From the human T2T-CHM13v2.0 reference genome, Homo sapiens, in NCBI RefSeq assembly GCF_009914755.1, contig NC_060926.1: 64,000 nt of DNA. One strand, 5' to 3'. Position 1 is the first letter of the stretch. The number at the start of each line of letters is the position of its first letter. A program made the position numbers and the translations under genes. The notes below the pieces were generated by a model. The model saw nothing but the letters and a program-made list of their open reading frames with translations. It was not told the origin of the DNA and ran no database searches. This document shows, one piece after another, positions 51,197-64,000 of the stretch.

Positions 51197-53592
51197 CGGA
51201 CAGTTACAGGTCATCAGCCGCAAGCTGACTTTGCAACTGAGCAACTTTTTTTTGCCTGTGCTCAGAAAGTTTCTGATTTCCTGGTCAAGTCGGATCATTT
51301 GCAGCTGATTGGGGCTTCTAGGTGTAAACACTGAATAGAGTGAATAAAGTAATTGCTGGGTAATTCCTGACCCGTCTTCATTAGCTCCAGATCTGAAGCT
51401 GGCCTTTAGAATATCATAAAGCTCTTCAATGCCCAATGTTTCTTTTGACTTTAGTATTGAGAAATAAATGCTTAATCTGTTATGTAAGTAGGAATAACGT
51501 TGAAATCATGGCTTAGCTGAAAGACCAGTTGTTTCTCCCAAATGTGGGTTTACTTATTGAGCTAAGAAATCATTCCTATGTAAATATGAACATCTATTAT
51601 CCTCTTGTGTCTTGATGAATTTGAAATAGTACCAGCATGAATACATTTGATTTAGGAGTAGTTTTGGTTTAGAAGTTATTTCCCTTTAGAAAACAGCAAT
51701 TTAAGCTTAGGTTGAATTTTTGAATAACTTCAGAGGAAATCTTTAAAAACATTTTTCAAAGACTTTCAACAGTTCTGTTATGGAACCCTTATAAATCCAG
51801 TAAATATGAACAATTTTGATTTGTAGAATTTGTAGTTAGAGCACAAGTGCTGAAATAAATTATGGCATTTAAACTTGAATCATAGTCTTTTAGGGAAAAA
51901 ATTAAATGAGGTTTTAAATTTGGACTTGGATGAATCTTGAATGATGATGGTTAGTGGACCTTAGAAACTAAAATAGGTTTTCTTGAGTTTATCTTGATTT
52001 AATTGAAATGAATTTAAATGCATGCTAATTTCCCATTTACTAGCTGGATTAAAATCAGTTATGGTGGACTAGATCAATGGACTTGGAAGTTCGTGGAACA
52101 AAGCCACTAAAAGACAAGTGAGTGAGTCTGTGCAGTTGTTGAAGCCATTAGCTCTTGTGGGTTGTGTAGCCATAGAAGCTAAAGTAACCTCTCACCATGT
52201 GCCTCTCACCTAGTTCAGGAATGTTGGCTTCCCAGAAAATGCACAGTACAAGTTGTGCCTTCAGCTTTCTCACACAATGAGGCATATTATGAGTGGTCTT
52301 GCTTCTGTTCTGCTGTAGTGCATAATTCATGCAAAAAATTTGATTTCAACTGCGTCAGCTTCAAAGGGCTGCAATCAGGCATCTATCTGGAAGGATTTGC
52401 TAAGAGAAAAGTTTCTGTTTTCCATTTATACAACTGGGGGACTCACATTATCTTTGATTAGTGCAGTGGCACGGAGCTGAAGGCAGTTTTTCAGTTTGCA
52501 GGCTTATTTTTAAGCCTTTTGTTTTCCTTGAATTTCTAGAAGCTCTGCAGGATGAAGGCTGTGTACATTTGATAGAATTATTGGGTTTATCTTTGTAAGA
52601 GCTCATCTCTAAATCGAAATAAAAACTAAGTGTCTAATGATTGGAATAGCTGCTAATAAAATAGCCATCTCTTAAGTACTGGTGGTTTAATCTCTTGTAA
52701 ATTCCATCATAGCCCAAAAGATAATGAGTTCATGTCTCTTGCATGTGATAGTCTGGACAGTATAAAAAGTCTGAAGGCAGGAGTAAAGAGAAACAGTAAT
52801 AGGTTTAAAAATGCCCAGTTGATAATGGCAGTAGTGTTTTAATAGCTGTAGTGGTGGTGGTGTCAGTATCAAAGATTATGGTTAACATTTATTGTAGCTG
52901 TGCTACTGCCACTCACTATTCTTAGAGCCTTACATAGACTATCTCATTTAATCCTCACATAAAGTCTGTGAAGTAGGTACTATTTTTACTTCTTTTTTTA
53001 TAGATGTGGAGATTAGGCTCATGGAGGTATAATAACTCGTCCACGATTACATAGCTATTTTTTTTTTTTCTGAAGACGCTTATAGCACTTTGCTTGGAGT
53101 GTAGAGTGGAAGCTCTGTGTGCTTATTGGTTGACTCATCTTGGACTGGATACTGGTTACTGGTTACTCAAAATTCCGAGTTTCAGCTTTCTTCTGTGCAA
53201 AATGGGAGGTTGAGGGAGGGCCAATCTCTTTCTAGAGGGAGTCTTTGAATTTTTTGTTTTTAACCGAGAAAACAGACTTGGTTCAGAGTTGGCATCAAAT
53301 ATGTGTCTTTTTCCTGACTTAAAGGAAGACTTGAATGTCCTGCCCTTGCATGGTAGGGAAGCAGGGATCAAGAGATGAAATACTTAACTAGCTGTTCTAA
53401 TATTATGAGCACGAGGAGCTCCCTGGAGCCAGACTTCACCAAAAATTTAGTCCAGTCAACTTTGAATCCCTGGGGATTGAAGTAACGCTTCATATTCTCT
53501 CACAGTGGAATAGAATGCACCTTCTTTGTAAAAATAAATGAATAACTAGGCGTATTGGAACTTAATGAGAAAATATTTATGAACATCTCGAA

Positions 53593-53770
53593 CAGTGGCT
53601 CTTAAATTTCACTGGGCATCAGAGTCACCTGGAGAGCTCATGAGACCAGAAGGCTGGGTCCCACCTCCAGAATTTCTGAATCAGTAGATTTGGATTTGAA
53701 TTGCATTTTTAACAAGTTCCCTGGTTATGCTGATGTTGCTAGTCCAGGGACCACACTTTGAGAACTACTG
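53593..53770. mobile_element. MER5A
   Basis: cagtggctcttaaa...catcagagtcacctggagagct...tttaacaagttccc...ggaccacactttgagaactactg. Confidence 0.85.
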
Positions 53771-53911
53771 GTATAGAATATCTCTGTGTATTCAAAATAT
53801 TGTACCAGTATGTTCAAAGCTAAAAGGTAGACTGTGCTTATTAAAAGCACAATCAAGAGGAAGTTCTACATGTCACTGAATACAACAAAAATGCTGTTGT
53901 TTTTAGTACCT

Positions 53912-54254
<343 letters not shown>

Positions 54255-54961
54255 TTGTTTTTTTTTTCCAAATCTTGAGGAGGGAAGAAAGTAACTGTCT
54301 ACTGTAACCACACTGGTAAGGTGACATGTACCTTCATAGACACATAATCATTAAGTGTCCTGAACTGAGTGCTCTTCCTGTTTAACAGCTGGAAATGCTG
54401 AACTGCTTGTTGATGGTGTTTTGTAGGGAGAATTTATGCTCACTTGTGTTTTAACGTAAGTATGTATGGGTTTTTTTCCCTTCAGATTAGAACAGGGGCT
54501 TTAGTGTCTTTTTCATTCCAAATTTTTCTCATTAGAGGCATTTAGCATTTAAGTCCTGATATGTTGGTATTTTCAGCCTTGTGAATACTCATTGGAAGCT
54601 GCCCTGGGTCCAGCTTTAAGGGGATGTGAAGAGGGCTGTTTCCACAGATAAATCCCTGGGGACTGAAATAACGCTTCATATTCTCTCATAGTGGAACAGA
54701 ATGTACCTTCTTTATGAAAATAAACAAATGAATAACTAGGCATATTGGAAGTTAATGAGAAAAGAAGGCATAGAAAATGTAGGCAGGCTCTCATTAGGTG
54801 GTTTTCTATTTCAGCTGTTTGCCTCATAATACAGTTCAGGCTTATGAAATTGGAGAAAATGAAAATGTCCTTTGGTGCCATTTAAAAATCTTGACCCTTA
54901 AGTAAGATACAAAAACACAAAAGGTGACACACTGCCTTGCTTTTTTTTTTTTTTAAGAAGA

Positions 54962-56440
54962 GTTAATAGATTATTGTTTTAATCAGTTGTAGGTTTACAG
55001 GAACATGAATGGCAAGTACAGAGTTTCCACATTACTCCCCTACACTCACATTTTCTTTTTTATTAACATCTTTTATTAGTGTACTTTTGTTGCAGTTGAT
55101 GAGCCAAATGGATACATTATTATTAACTAAAGTTCATAGTTTACATAAGTATTCACTCTTTGTGTTGTACGTTCCATGAGTTTTGCAAATGTATAGTGAG
55201 GTATATCCATCATTACACTATCAGAATAGTTCTACTGCCCTAAAAACCTTCTGTTCTCCATCTATTTATCCCTTTATGCCTCCCCCCACACTGAACTTTT
55301 GGAACTACTGATCTTTTTACCATATCTATGGTTTTGTCTTTTCCAGAATTTCATTTAGTTGGAATCATACAGTGTGTAACCTTTTCAGATTTGCTTCTTT
55401 CACTTTAGCAATATGCATTTAAGGTTCTCCCATGTTTTTTCATCCATTGATAATTCATTTTGTATGGCTGAGTAATATTCCACCTTATAGATAAACAAGT
55501 CACAGTTTATTCACCTATTAAAGGACGTCTTGGTTGTGTCCAAGTTTTGGCAATTATGAATGAAGCTGCTATAAATGTTTGTGTGTAGGTTTTTGTGAAC
55601 ATAAGTTTTCAAACCATTTGGGTTAATACCTAGCATGATTTGGCAATCATGCAGCTTGATTGCCAGATCATATAATAAGAGTATGTTTAGTCTCATCAGA
55701 AACTGCAAAACTGTTTTCCAAACTGGTTGTACCATTTTGTATTTCCACCAACAGTGCATGAGTTTCCATTGCTTGTCATTGTCACCAGCATTTTTTGTTT
55801 TAGTATTTTAGATCTTAGCTTATTAGGTGTGCTGTGGTATCTTATCAATTTAATTTGCATTTTCTTAATGACATATGATATTGAACATCTTTTCATATGC
55901 TTACCATTTGTATGTCCTTTTTGGCAAGGTGTCTGTTTAGATTTTTTGCCCATTCTTTCTTTAACTAGGTTGTTTTCTTATTATTAAGAGTTCTTTGCAT
56001 ATTTTGGATACCAGGTAGTCTTTTATCAGGTACTTGTTTTGCAAAGATTTTCTCTCTTGTCCTTTTATTCTCTTTTGCATAACAAAGGTTTTAAATTTTA
56101 ATGAAGATCAGCTTACTGATTTTTTTCTTTCTTGGATTATGCTTTTGGTCTTGTATATTTTAAATAGTCAAAGCCAAACTCAGGATCATGTAGATTTTCT
56201 GTTATCTTCCAGGAGTTTTATAGTTTTTGCATTCTATGTTTGGATCTGTGATCCATTTTGAGCTGATTTTTGTTAAAGGTGTCTAGATTTGGTTTTGTTT
56301 TTTTTTTTTTTTGCCTATGGCTGTTTAATTGTTCCGGAACCATTTGTTGAAAAGACAATCGTTTTTCCACGGAATTGCCTTTGCTCTTTGGTCAAAGATC
56401 AGTTGACTGTATTTGTGTGGGTCTGTTTCTAGACTCTATA
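54962..56440 (-). mobile_element. L1MC-like 3' fragment
   Basis: gatacattattattaactaaagttcatagtttacat, ccaagttttggcaattatgaa, gcaaaactgttttccaaa, accatttgttgaaaagac; decayed ORF2 C-terminal peptides at 55511-55953. Confidence 0.8.
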
Positions 56441-57484
56441 CTGCCTTACTTTTTAACTGCAAATTTGTAGTACTTGCTTTGGGTTCCTCCTGTGTTGATC
56501 CTCCTTATCTTAATAATATAGGTCAGTGCTTATACCCATGACTACTGAAGGTTTCTTCTTGTTTGTGTAGTTAGCATTTCACTCCTCCAAACATTCCTTG
56601 TGACACAGTGAAAGGAAGGACCAGCATTTCACATCTCCTTGTCCTTATCCACTTATTCATTGCTAGCTTTCACCGCTAATGTCAAACCTATTTTAGTAAA
56701 TGAATTTAATAAATTCCATATAGTCCACTTAATGATTTTTTTTTCAGTGTGACTTCCAGGAATGAACTGCATCATAAAGGTGAGGGGTGCTATATTGATA
56801 AAGCACTTTTTGTCTGTCTGTTGCCTCATTTATAAAATAGAAATAATATTCCTCTTACCTGCAGCAGAATGATTTTGTTTTTGTTTTTAAATCACATCAC
56901 AAAATGTATGTTAAAACACACAAGGTGAGGAAGGGTATTGATGATCCACTTGTACTGCAGGGTGCAGTTCTTTTCTATGTCTTCATTTTATTCTTTCTCC
57001 TTATTTATCTATTCCTATAGTTTTAACTATAACTGCAGTTTTCATTGAAGACTCTGATCCATGGGTCTTAGACAACTGATGAATTTCCATTGTAGAATTT
57101 TCCTTCCCTTGCTTAATCTCCTTGTCTCTCTCCTCTACTATTTTAAAGAAATGACTGGCAGAGAGGTGGAGTGCCTCCAAGGCTGCAATTTCATAGAGAG
57201 AATATTTGGGTCAAAATATTAATTGGAAGGACATCTGTCAGGTATAACCCCCAAAACATTATTTTCATCAAGGTGTAAGACTCAGTGATCCATTTAATGC
57301 TATTGCTAATCTTTATAAGTCTCATACAATTATAAGAGGCTTATCTGTATACTGTATAACCTTATGCTTACTTTAGGCTTGCTTACCCAAAATCTACATT
57401 TAGTTGCTTCTGAAAATATATTTTTTTCTTAAGCTACTTTTATGTGTTTTCCTTAGTATTCTCTAAACCACATAAGCTATTACT

Positions 57485-57792
57485 TTTGATTTTTTAATTT
57501 TAATTTTTATTAAGAGACAGGATCTCATTCTGTCACCTAGGCTGGAGCACAATCATAGCTCAGCCAATCATCCTGCCTTAAACTCCTGGGTTCAACCAGT
57601 CCTCCTGCCTCAGCCTCCAGGTAGCTGGGCGACGTGTGTGCCATGACATCCAGTTAATTTTTAAATTTTTTTTTGTAGAGACAGGGTGTTGCCATGTTGC
57701 CCAGGTTGGTCTTGAACTCCTGGCCTCAAGTGATCTTCCCACCTTGGCCTCCCAAAGTACTGGGATTACAGGCATTAACCACTGCCCTGGCC
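57485..57792 (-). mobile_element. AluJ
   Basis: ttttttgtagagacaggg, gaactcctggcctcaagtgatc. Confidence 0.88.
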
Positions 57793-58149
57793 CAGTTGTA
57801 ACTGTTAGTGAGGATGCCATGCCATTCCTAAAGCTTATACAATCCTGTGTATATAGGAATTTAGCACCTTTGTCAAACATGCAGTGTTTTAGATCTATTT
57901 GCTATATTTTGCTTTTGTTTTTAAAATAACTGTTGCATTATATTGTCTTAGATGGTAAGTTCATAAAGTGAAGGGATATGTTGATATATTTTATAAATTG
58001 TTGATGAACACAGCTTAATACTCTGGTAATGTTTTTCTGAGTAAAGAAGGAATAGCCACTATGTATAAATATGTTAGCATAGAGGAATGAAAAATTGGGA
58101 AAAACAAGAATAGGATTTTGGATGAAATTAATATAGCCAATCTATATAT

Positions 58150-60350
58150 TAATGTATTAATAGATTTATTTTGATTATTATATGACGTAGTTTCTTCATC
58201 CTTTACTTTTAATCTGTGTAGGACTTGTATTTAAAATGGGTTTCTTGTAGGCAGCATATAGTTGGTTCTTGTAATTTTGAAAAATCTTTTTTCATGGGTG
58301 TGTTTAGATCATTTTTGTTTAATATAGTTAGTGACATGATTGGATTTAGACACACCATTTTGTTATTTGTTTTCCGTGTATTCCCTCAGTTATTTGTTTC
58401 TTCCCCCTTTTTCTGTCTTTTGGGTTATTTGAATCTTTTTAGCATTCCCTCTTAATATTCCATATTAGCTATTTTGCTATCTTTAAAAAAATTTTTTTTT
58501 GGTGAATGCTCTGGGAGTTATAATATAATACACCAAAACTTTCACACTCTACTCAAGAGTTAATGTTATATTCTTTAAGTAAAATGTAGACTCTTTATGA
58601 TAGAGTTTCCTTTATCCTTCCCCACTTACCTGTAGGTTATAATCATGATGTATATTACATCTACATACATTGAAACCCCACCAGTGTTACACATTTTGCT
58701 TTCAGCAATCATATAAATTTTAAAGAACTTAAGGGAAAGTAGTCTTCTATATTTACCGAGATATTTATTATTTCTGTTTTTTGTGAAGATTCCAATTTCT
58801 TTCTGAGGTTATTTCCCTTAAGCCTGAAGCACGCTCCTTAGCTTTTTGTAGAGCAAGTCTGCTGAAAATGAATACTTTTAATTTTCCTCCATCTAAAAAT
58901 ACCATTATTTAGCTTTCTTTCCTGAAGGATGTTATTGATGGATATGGAATTTTAGGTTGGTGGATTTTTTTCCTTCAGCATTTTAAAGATGTTTTTCTAT
59001 TGATTTCTTGCCTGCTTGGTTTATGATGTGAAGTTTTCAGTAATTCAAACCATTCTTCCTCTGTAATAATGTGTAACTTTAGCCATTGTGAATACTTTAT
59101 TTTTGCTTTTAAGCAGTTGACTAAGTGTGACTATTTTTGAGCTTATTCTGTTTGGGGTTTGTGAACTTCTTGCATTTGTAAATTTGTGTCTTTTAATGAG
59201 TGGGAAGTTTTGGGCTATTATTTCTTCAAATAGTTTCTCCACCAATTTTTTTTTTTTTTTTCTGGAAAACCAGTGACATGAATGCTAGAACTTTGTGATA
59301 TTTTCCTGCAGGTCTTTGAGGCTCAGCTCATTTGTCTCAACAAATTTTTTTTTCTTTGTTCCTCATATTGGATCATTTCACTGACTCTTCAAGTTCACTT
59401 ACTCTTTCTTCGGTTATATATATATTTTGACTTGAGCTATCCCATGAATTTATTTCAGATATTATATTTTTATTTCCACAATATGCACTTGTTTTTCTAG
59501 TTTTAATTTTTCTGTTGAGAACTTCTGTCTTTCCATTCATTCCATATCACCATGGAGGATATTTATAATATTTGTCCTTTGGGTTTCTCAGAGTTGGAAT
59601 CTGATTGCTTTTTTCCCTAAGAACTGATCATATTTTCCTAGTTCTTCGTATGTGGAATGATGTTGGATTGTATCCTGGACATTGTGTATGTTATGTGGTA
59701 TAGATTCTGGGTCCTGTTCTAATCTTCTAAATAATGTTGATCTTTTAAAATTTCTTTTAGCAGGCAATAAACCCAGCTAGATTCAGGTTATATTTCTGTC
59801 TCACCTTCTTGTGGCAAGTGGTACTAATCTCAGTTCAGGTTTCAAAGCCTTTGTGATGCAACTCTGGGTCTGTCCCGTGTGTGCCTCTCAGGGGCAGTGG
59901 TTTCTAGACTTAGTTCAGTTCTTATAGCTGTTGCTATACTGTTCTAGATCTGTGTCATGCATGCACAGCTTAGGGTGAAGCCAGGAATTGTGCTGATTCA
60001 TGTTCAGAATTAGGGGATTCGCTTCTCCATTTTCTTTCTCTCCGTGATTCCCCCATCCTCTTTGGCCTGTGAGGGCTCCTTTTCCAGGTTCCTGTGGTCA
60101 TAAAGACTGGGTTTCCTGGAGTATGAGTGGCTCAGGCTGCTGTCCTGCTGCTCTGCTGTATAGTGGGGCTCTGTGACTGGGTCCTGCTCCAGGACATAGC
60201 TGCCAGAATAAAAGAAAAAACAAAACCAAACAAAACAAAACTGGAAACTCATCTCCTTGTAGATCATTTCTTTACATTTGACTCCTCCAGAATTCACCTT
60301 GTTAACATTTCAGTCCTCAGTTGTTGCTCTTTGTATTATTTTGGTAGCTG
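58150..60350 (-). mobile_element. Old L1M (5'/ORF1-region) fragments
   Basis: tgggtttcttgtaggcagcatatagttgg, ggatatggaattttaggttg, gggaagttttgggctattatttcttcaaata; ORF1-like peptide EKLFEEIIAQNFP at 59045-59245. Confidence 0.65.
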
Positions 60351-61404
60351 TTGAGTATCGAGCACATGCTTCTGCTAAGTTTACAGGATATGACTTTTCT
60401 CACTCAGGTCACAACCCATACTTCCCTTTGTTGCTCATCTCTGTCCCAGGCACTCAGCTCTTTTTGTGGCCAGAGCTTTTAGTTTTAAAAAGCGAGAGAG
60501 AGAGAGAGGCTCTACTGGGCTTACTATCAGAGAGGAACTGGGGCTCCCTGCTTTTCTTTTGTTTCTGCTTTACAAAGTACGTCTATACCTCAAAGGAGAG
60601 AATATATGATGATAGTGTGTATAATGTCAACAGACCTTCCCCGCAGAGTTTGCAAAGAAGATCCATATTTTGCTACCAAGTGACACTTTGACATCGGGCT
60701 AACTTAAAACAGCAATTTTCTTCTTTTCACTGTTTTGTGAGATGTACTTTGTATTCATACTTTGGGGAGGCAGGTAACATTTTCTGAGGGGAAAAACGAA
60801 AGTCCCAAAAGAACTGGGAAGCCTAGAAGCAAGGAGTGCCAAAGAGGTGAGGGAAGAGCCTCATTGTCTGCAGGCAGTTGACAGTCACGCTGAGGATGGA
60901 GTCTGTGACCTGGCTCCAGCAAACTGCCATTGTCAGCTTCTCTTTCCAAATGACTGTTTGAAAGAAAACAGGGTTACCACATCTGCAAAAGAAGAATATG
61001 AGGAAGGAAAGAGGATTAGGTTAAAAATACTTAAAACTAAGGAGTGCTTCTTCCTTTGTTCATATAGGGCTTTGCGCCCATGTTTGGCTGTTTTTCATTA
61101 AAAGCAGTCTTAGTTTTTACTTTGAACTTAATCATTTCCAAGTGACAGTCTTGGCTTCTTTATATTTGACTTTATATTTAGGAGTCAGCAAAACAACTGT
61201 AATCCTGCCACTTATCATATTAGTATATTTTCTGTGCTATTTGTTCTTTTCTAATCTTTGTTTTTTTTTCAATAATGAAAGTGATAAATGCTTATTGTAA
61301 ATACTTTAAACAATAGGAAAGTAGACACAGTAAGAAAGTAGAAACTGACTCCTTAGGGTTAACTATGGAACTATGGTTAATAGTGTTCAAGTTTTCTAGC
61401 TTCT

Positions 61405-62533
61405 CTTTTTTTTAAAAATTATACTTTAAGCTCTGGGATACATGTGCAGAACGTGTAGGTTTGTTACATAGGTATACACGTGCCATGGTGGTTTGCTGCA
61501 CCCATCAACTCATTAGGTATTTCTCCTAATGCTATCGCCTCCCCTAGCCCCTCACCCCCCAACAGGCCCAGTGTGTGTTTCCCTCCCTGTGTCCATGTGT
61601 TCTCATTGTTCAGCTGCCACTTACGAGTGAGAACATGTGGTGTTTGGTTTTCTGTTCCTGTGTTAGTTTGCTGACAATAATGGTTTCCAGCTTCATCCAT
61701 GTCCCTACAAAGGACATGAACTTATCCTTTTTTATGGCTGCATAGTATTCCATGGTGTATATGTGCCACATTTTCTTTATCCAGTCTATCATTGATGGGC
61801 ATTTGGGTTGGTTCCAAGTCTTTGCTATTGTGAACAGTGCCGCAGTAAACATACGTGTGCATGTGTCTTGACAGTAGAATGATTTATAATCCTTTGGGTA
61901 TATACCCAGTAATGGGATTGCTGGGTCAAATGGTATTTCTAGTTCTAGATCCTTGAGGAATTGCCACACTGTCTTCCACAATGGCTGAACTAATTTACAT
62001 TCCCACCAACAGCGTAAAAGCATTCCTATTCATCCACATCCTCTCCAGCATCTGTCGTTTCCTGACTTTTTAATGATCACCATTCTAACTGGTGTGAGAT
62101 GGTATCTCATTGTGGTTTTGATTTGCATTTCTCTAATGACTAGTGATGATGAGCTCTTTTTCATGTTTGTTGGCCACATAAATGTCTTCTTTTGAGAAGT
62201 GTCTGTTCATATCCTTTGCCCACTTTTTGATGGGGTTGTTTTTTTCTTGTAAATTTGTGTAAGTTTTTTGTAGATTCTGGATATTAGCCCTTTGTCAGCT
62301 GGATAGATTGCAAAAATTTTCTCCCATTCTGTAGGTTGCCTGTTTACTCTGATGATAGTTTATTTTGCAGTGCAGAAGCTCTTCAGTTTAATTAGATCCC
62401 ATTTGTCGATTTTGGCTTTTGTTGCCATTGCTTTTGGTGTTTTAGTCATGAAGTCTTTGGCCATGCCTATGTCCTGAATGGTATTGCTTAGGCTTTCTTC
62501 TAAGATTTTTATGATTTTAGGTCTTACGTTTAA
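61405..62533 (-). mobile_element. 5'-truncated L1PA (about L1PA7/8), 1.1 kb, with an ORF2 C-terminal remnant
   Basis: ORF 61610-62023 [16 protein letters not shown]...PFDPAIPLLGIYP is the L1 ORF2 C-terminus; L1PA 3' UTR; TSD aagttttctag(c/t)ttct at 61389-61404 / 62532-62547. Confidence 0.92.
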
Positions 62534-63589
62534 GTTTTCTAGTTTCTTTTATTGGGAGAGGAATATGTAGTTAAAATTATTTTGTATTAAAAAGTTTGTC
62601 CTGTCACAGTAACTTTATAGCTTAAGCATTTTCACCATTTTTATACATAATGACTCTAAATGTAATTTTGTTTTAATTTTTAAATTATGTATAGGAAACA
62701 ATTGAGTGGTATACAATGAGTGTTAAAATTTCCTCTTAATCTTCTTCTTTTTACTTCTCAATGGGATCCATTAGTACTATTACTTGTTTTTAGAATGTAT
62801 ACTTCTGTCATTCTTTGCTCTTTCTCTGAATATGTGAAGATTATTAGAATATAAATTTTTCTCCATTTGTTACAAACTCCTTGCAAACATAATTTTTTAT
62901 GCTAAATTTCTGTTCTTTTGAAACTGGATGTTTTGGTTGCATTCCATTTTCCTTATTGTACTTTTAAAATGAAAAAAAATTTTTTTTCTTTCAGATCAGC
63001 CCCAGTAGCTTCTCAGATCCACCTTATCTGAAACATCTGATCTCTCCTAGCCACTTAAATAAAGTAACTTGTGAAAACACCTAACAGGCTCTTGGAATGA
63101 AGTCATGAGATGTATGTTTATTCTTCTGCCTCCTGTCTACTCACTCTTTTAACTCCTCAGCTACCAAGGTAGGGCAGATCAACTAACTAGCCCAGGGTTG
63201 AAGAGCTAATAAACACGGAAGCTGAGGCAGTCTGAGTCCAGAGTTCAGGCTCTTAACCACTGCGCTCTATAAAAGGCACAGAGCTAAGCACTGGGAATCT
63301 ACCAGGGAGCAAGACAGACCCCATCTCTGTCCTCTCTGGATCTTACCTGCTAGCCAGGAAGGACTGGTAAAGAGCAGACCATATTAACAATGTAATATGG
63401 CCTTCAGATCAACCATGATAGGAATCAATTTTAGCTGAACACCAATAACCCACATGTGTATTACAGTCTTATTGTGGGTGAGTACTTGGTATTAGGTGGT
63501 TATTGTCAAAGTGATAAGACCAGGTTCCTGCATTTGGTGAGACACCCACATAAATACAAATACCTAAACCTTTCATAATGTAACATACA

Positions 63590-63655
63590 GATTAATGTAA
63601 TATATTAATATAATATACATTAATATATCAATATATTATATATAACATATAATGC
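63590..63655. repeat. AT-rich low-complexity tract
   Basis: attaatgtaatatattaatataatatacattaatatatc... Confidence 0.8.
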
Positions 63656-64000
63656 AAAAAGATGACAATGATGACAGGTGGAAGCGATCTAGGAGAAAGT
63701 TTTTTCTAACAGCCAGACTGGTGTCAAGACTGCACAGACTAAGGATGAATTCTGCCTCTGTCTTTCACCTCTTCTTGCTAAGCCAGAAGAGCCTCCTTTC
63801 TACAATGGAATATTATTCGTTATTTTCCAGTGTTGTAGGAGGAATCGTCGAGGGCTCAGGGAATGTTTCTCTTGTCCTTCACCCTTGTGTTTGTGCAGCT
63901 GCCCCATCACTTTTCCACTGTGGCATTTTGGCAATTGTAATTACATTGTTAATATGGTCTGCTCTTTACCAGTCCTTCCTGGCTAGCAGGTAAGATCCAG

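Noticed and set aside
61610-62023. 137-aa ORF with clear protein homology
   Set aside because: L1 ORF2 C-terminal remnant in a 5'-truncated element, not a host gene.

Overview
Human-like (primate) genomic DNA covering about 26 kb upstream of CERS6 (ceramide synthase 6, LASS6), its CpG-island promoter, its first coding exon (ATG 26220, GT donor 26390) and about 37.6 kb of intron 1. No second CERS6 exon was recognised. The rest is mostly interspersed repeats: Alu J/S/Y, FAM, MIR, L1, L2, MaLR/ERV LTRs and hAT MITEs. It also holds two processed 7SL (SRP RNA) pseudogenes, one split by an MSTA LTR. All other ORFs in the track look like repeat or GC shadows. I found no prokaryotic-type system and no clearly new multi-gene system. 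The best unexplained structures are a 60-nt near-perfect intronic hairpin (45138-45197), a 109/113-bp spaced duplication (53465/54651), a tandem palindromic p53-like array (22718-22747), a duplicated NFI palindrome (4057-4097) and a candidate poison exon (41515-41623). Repeat subfamily names come from remembered consensus sequences, and boundaries without a target-site duplication (TSD) are approximate.
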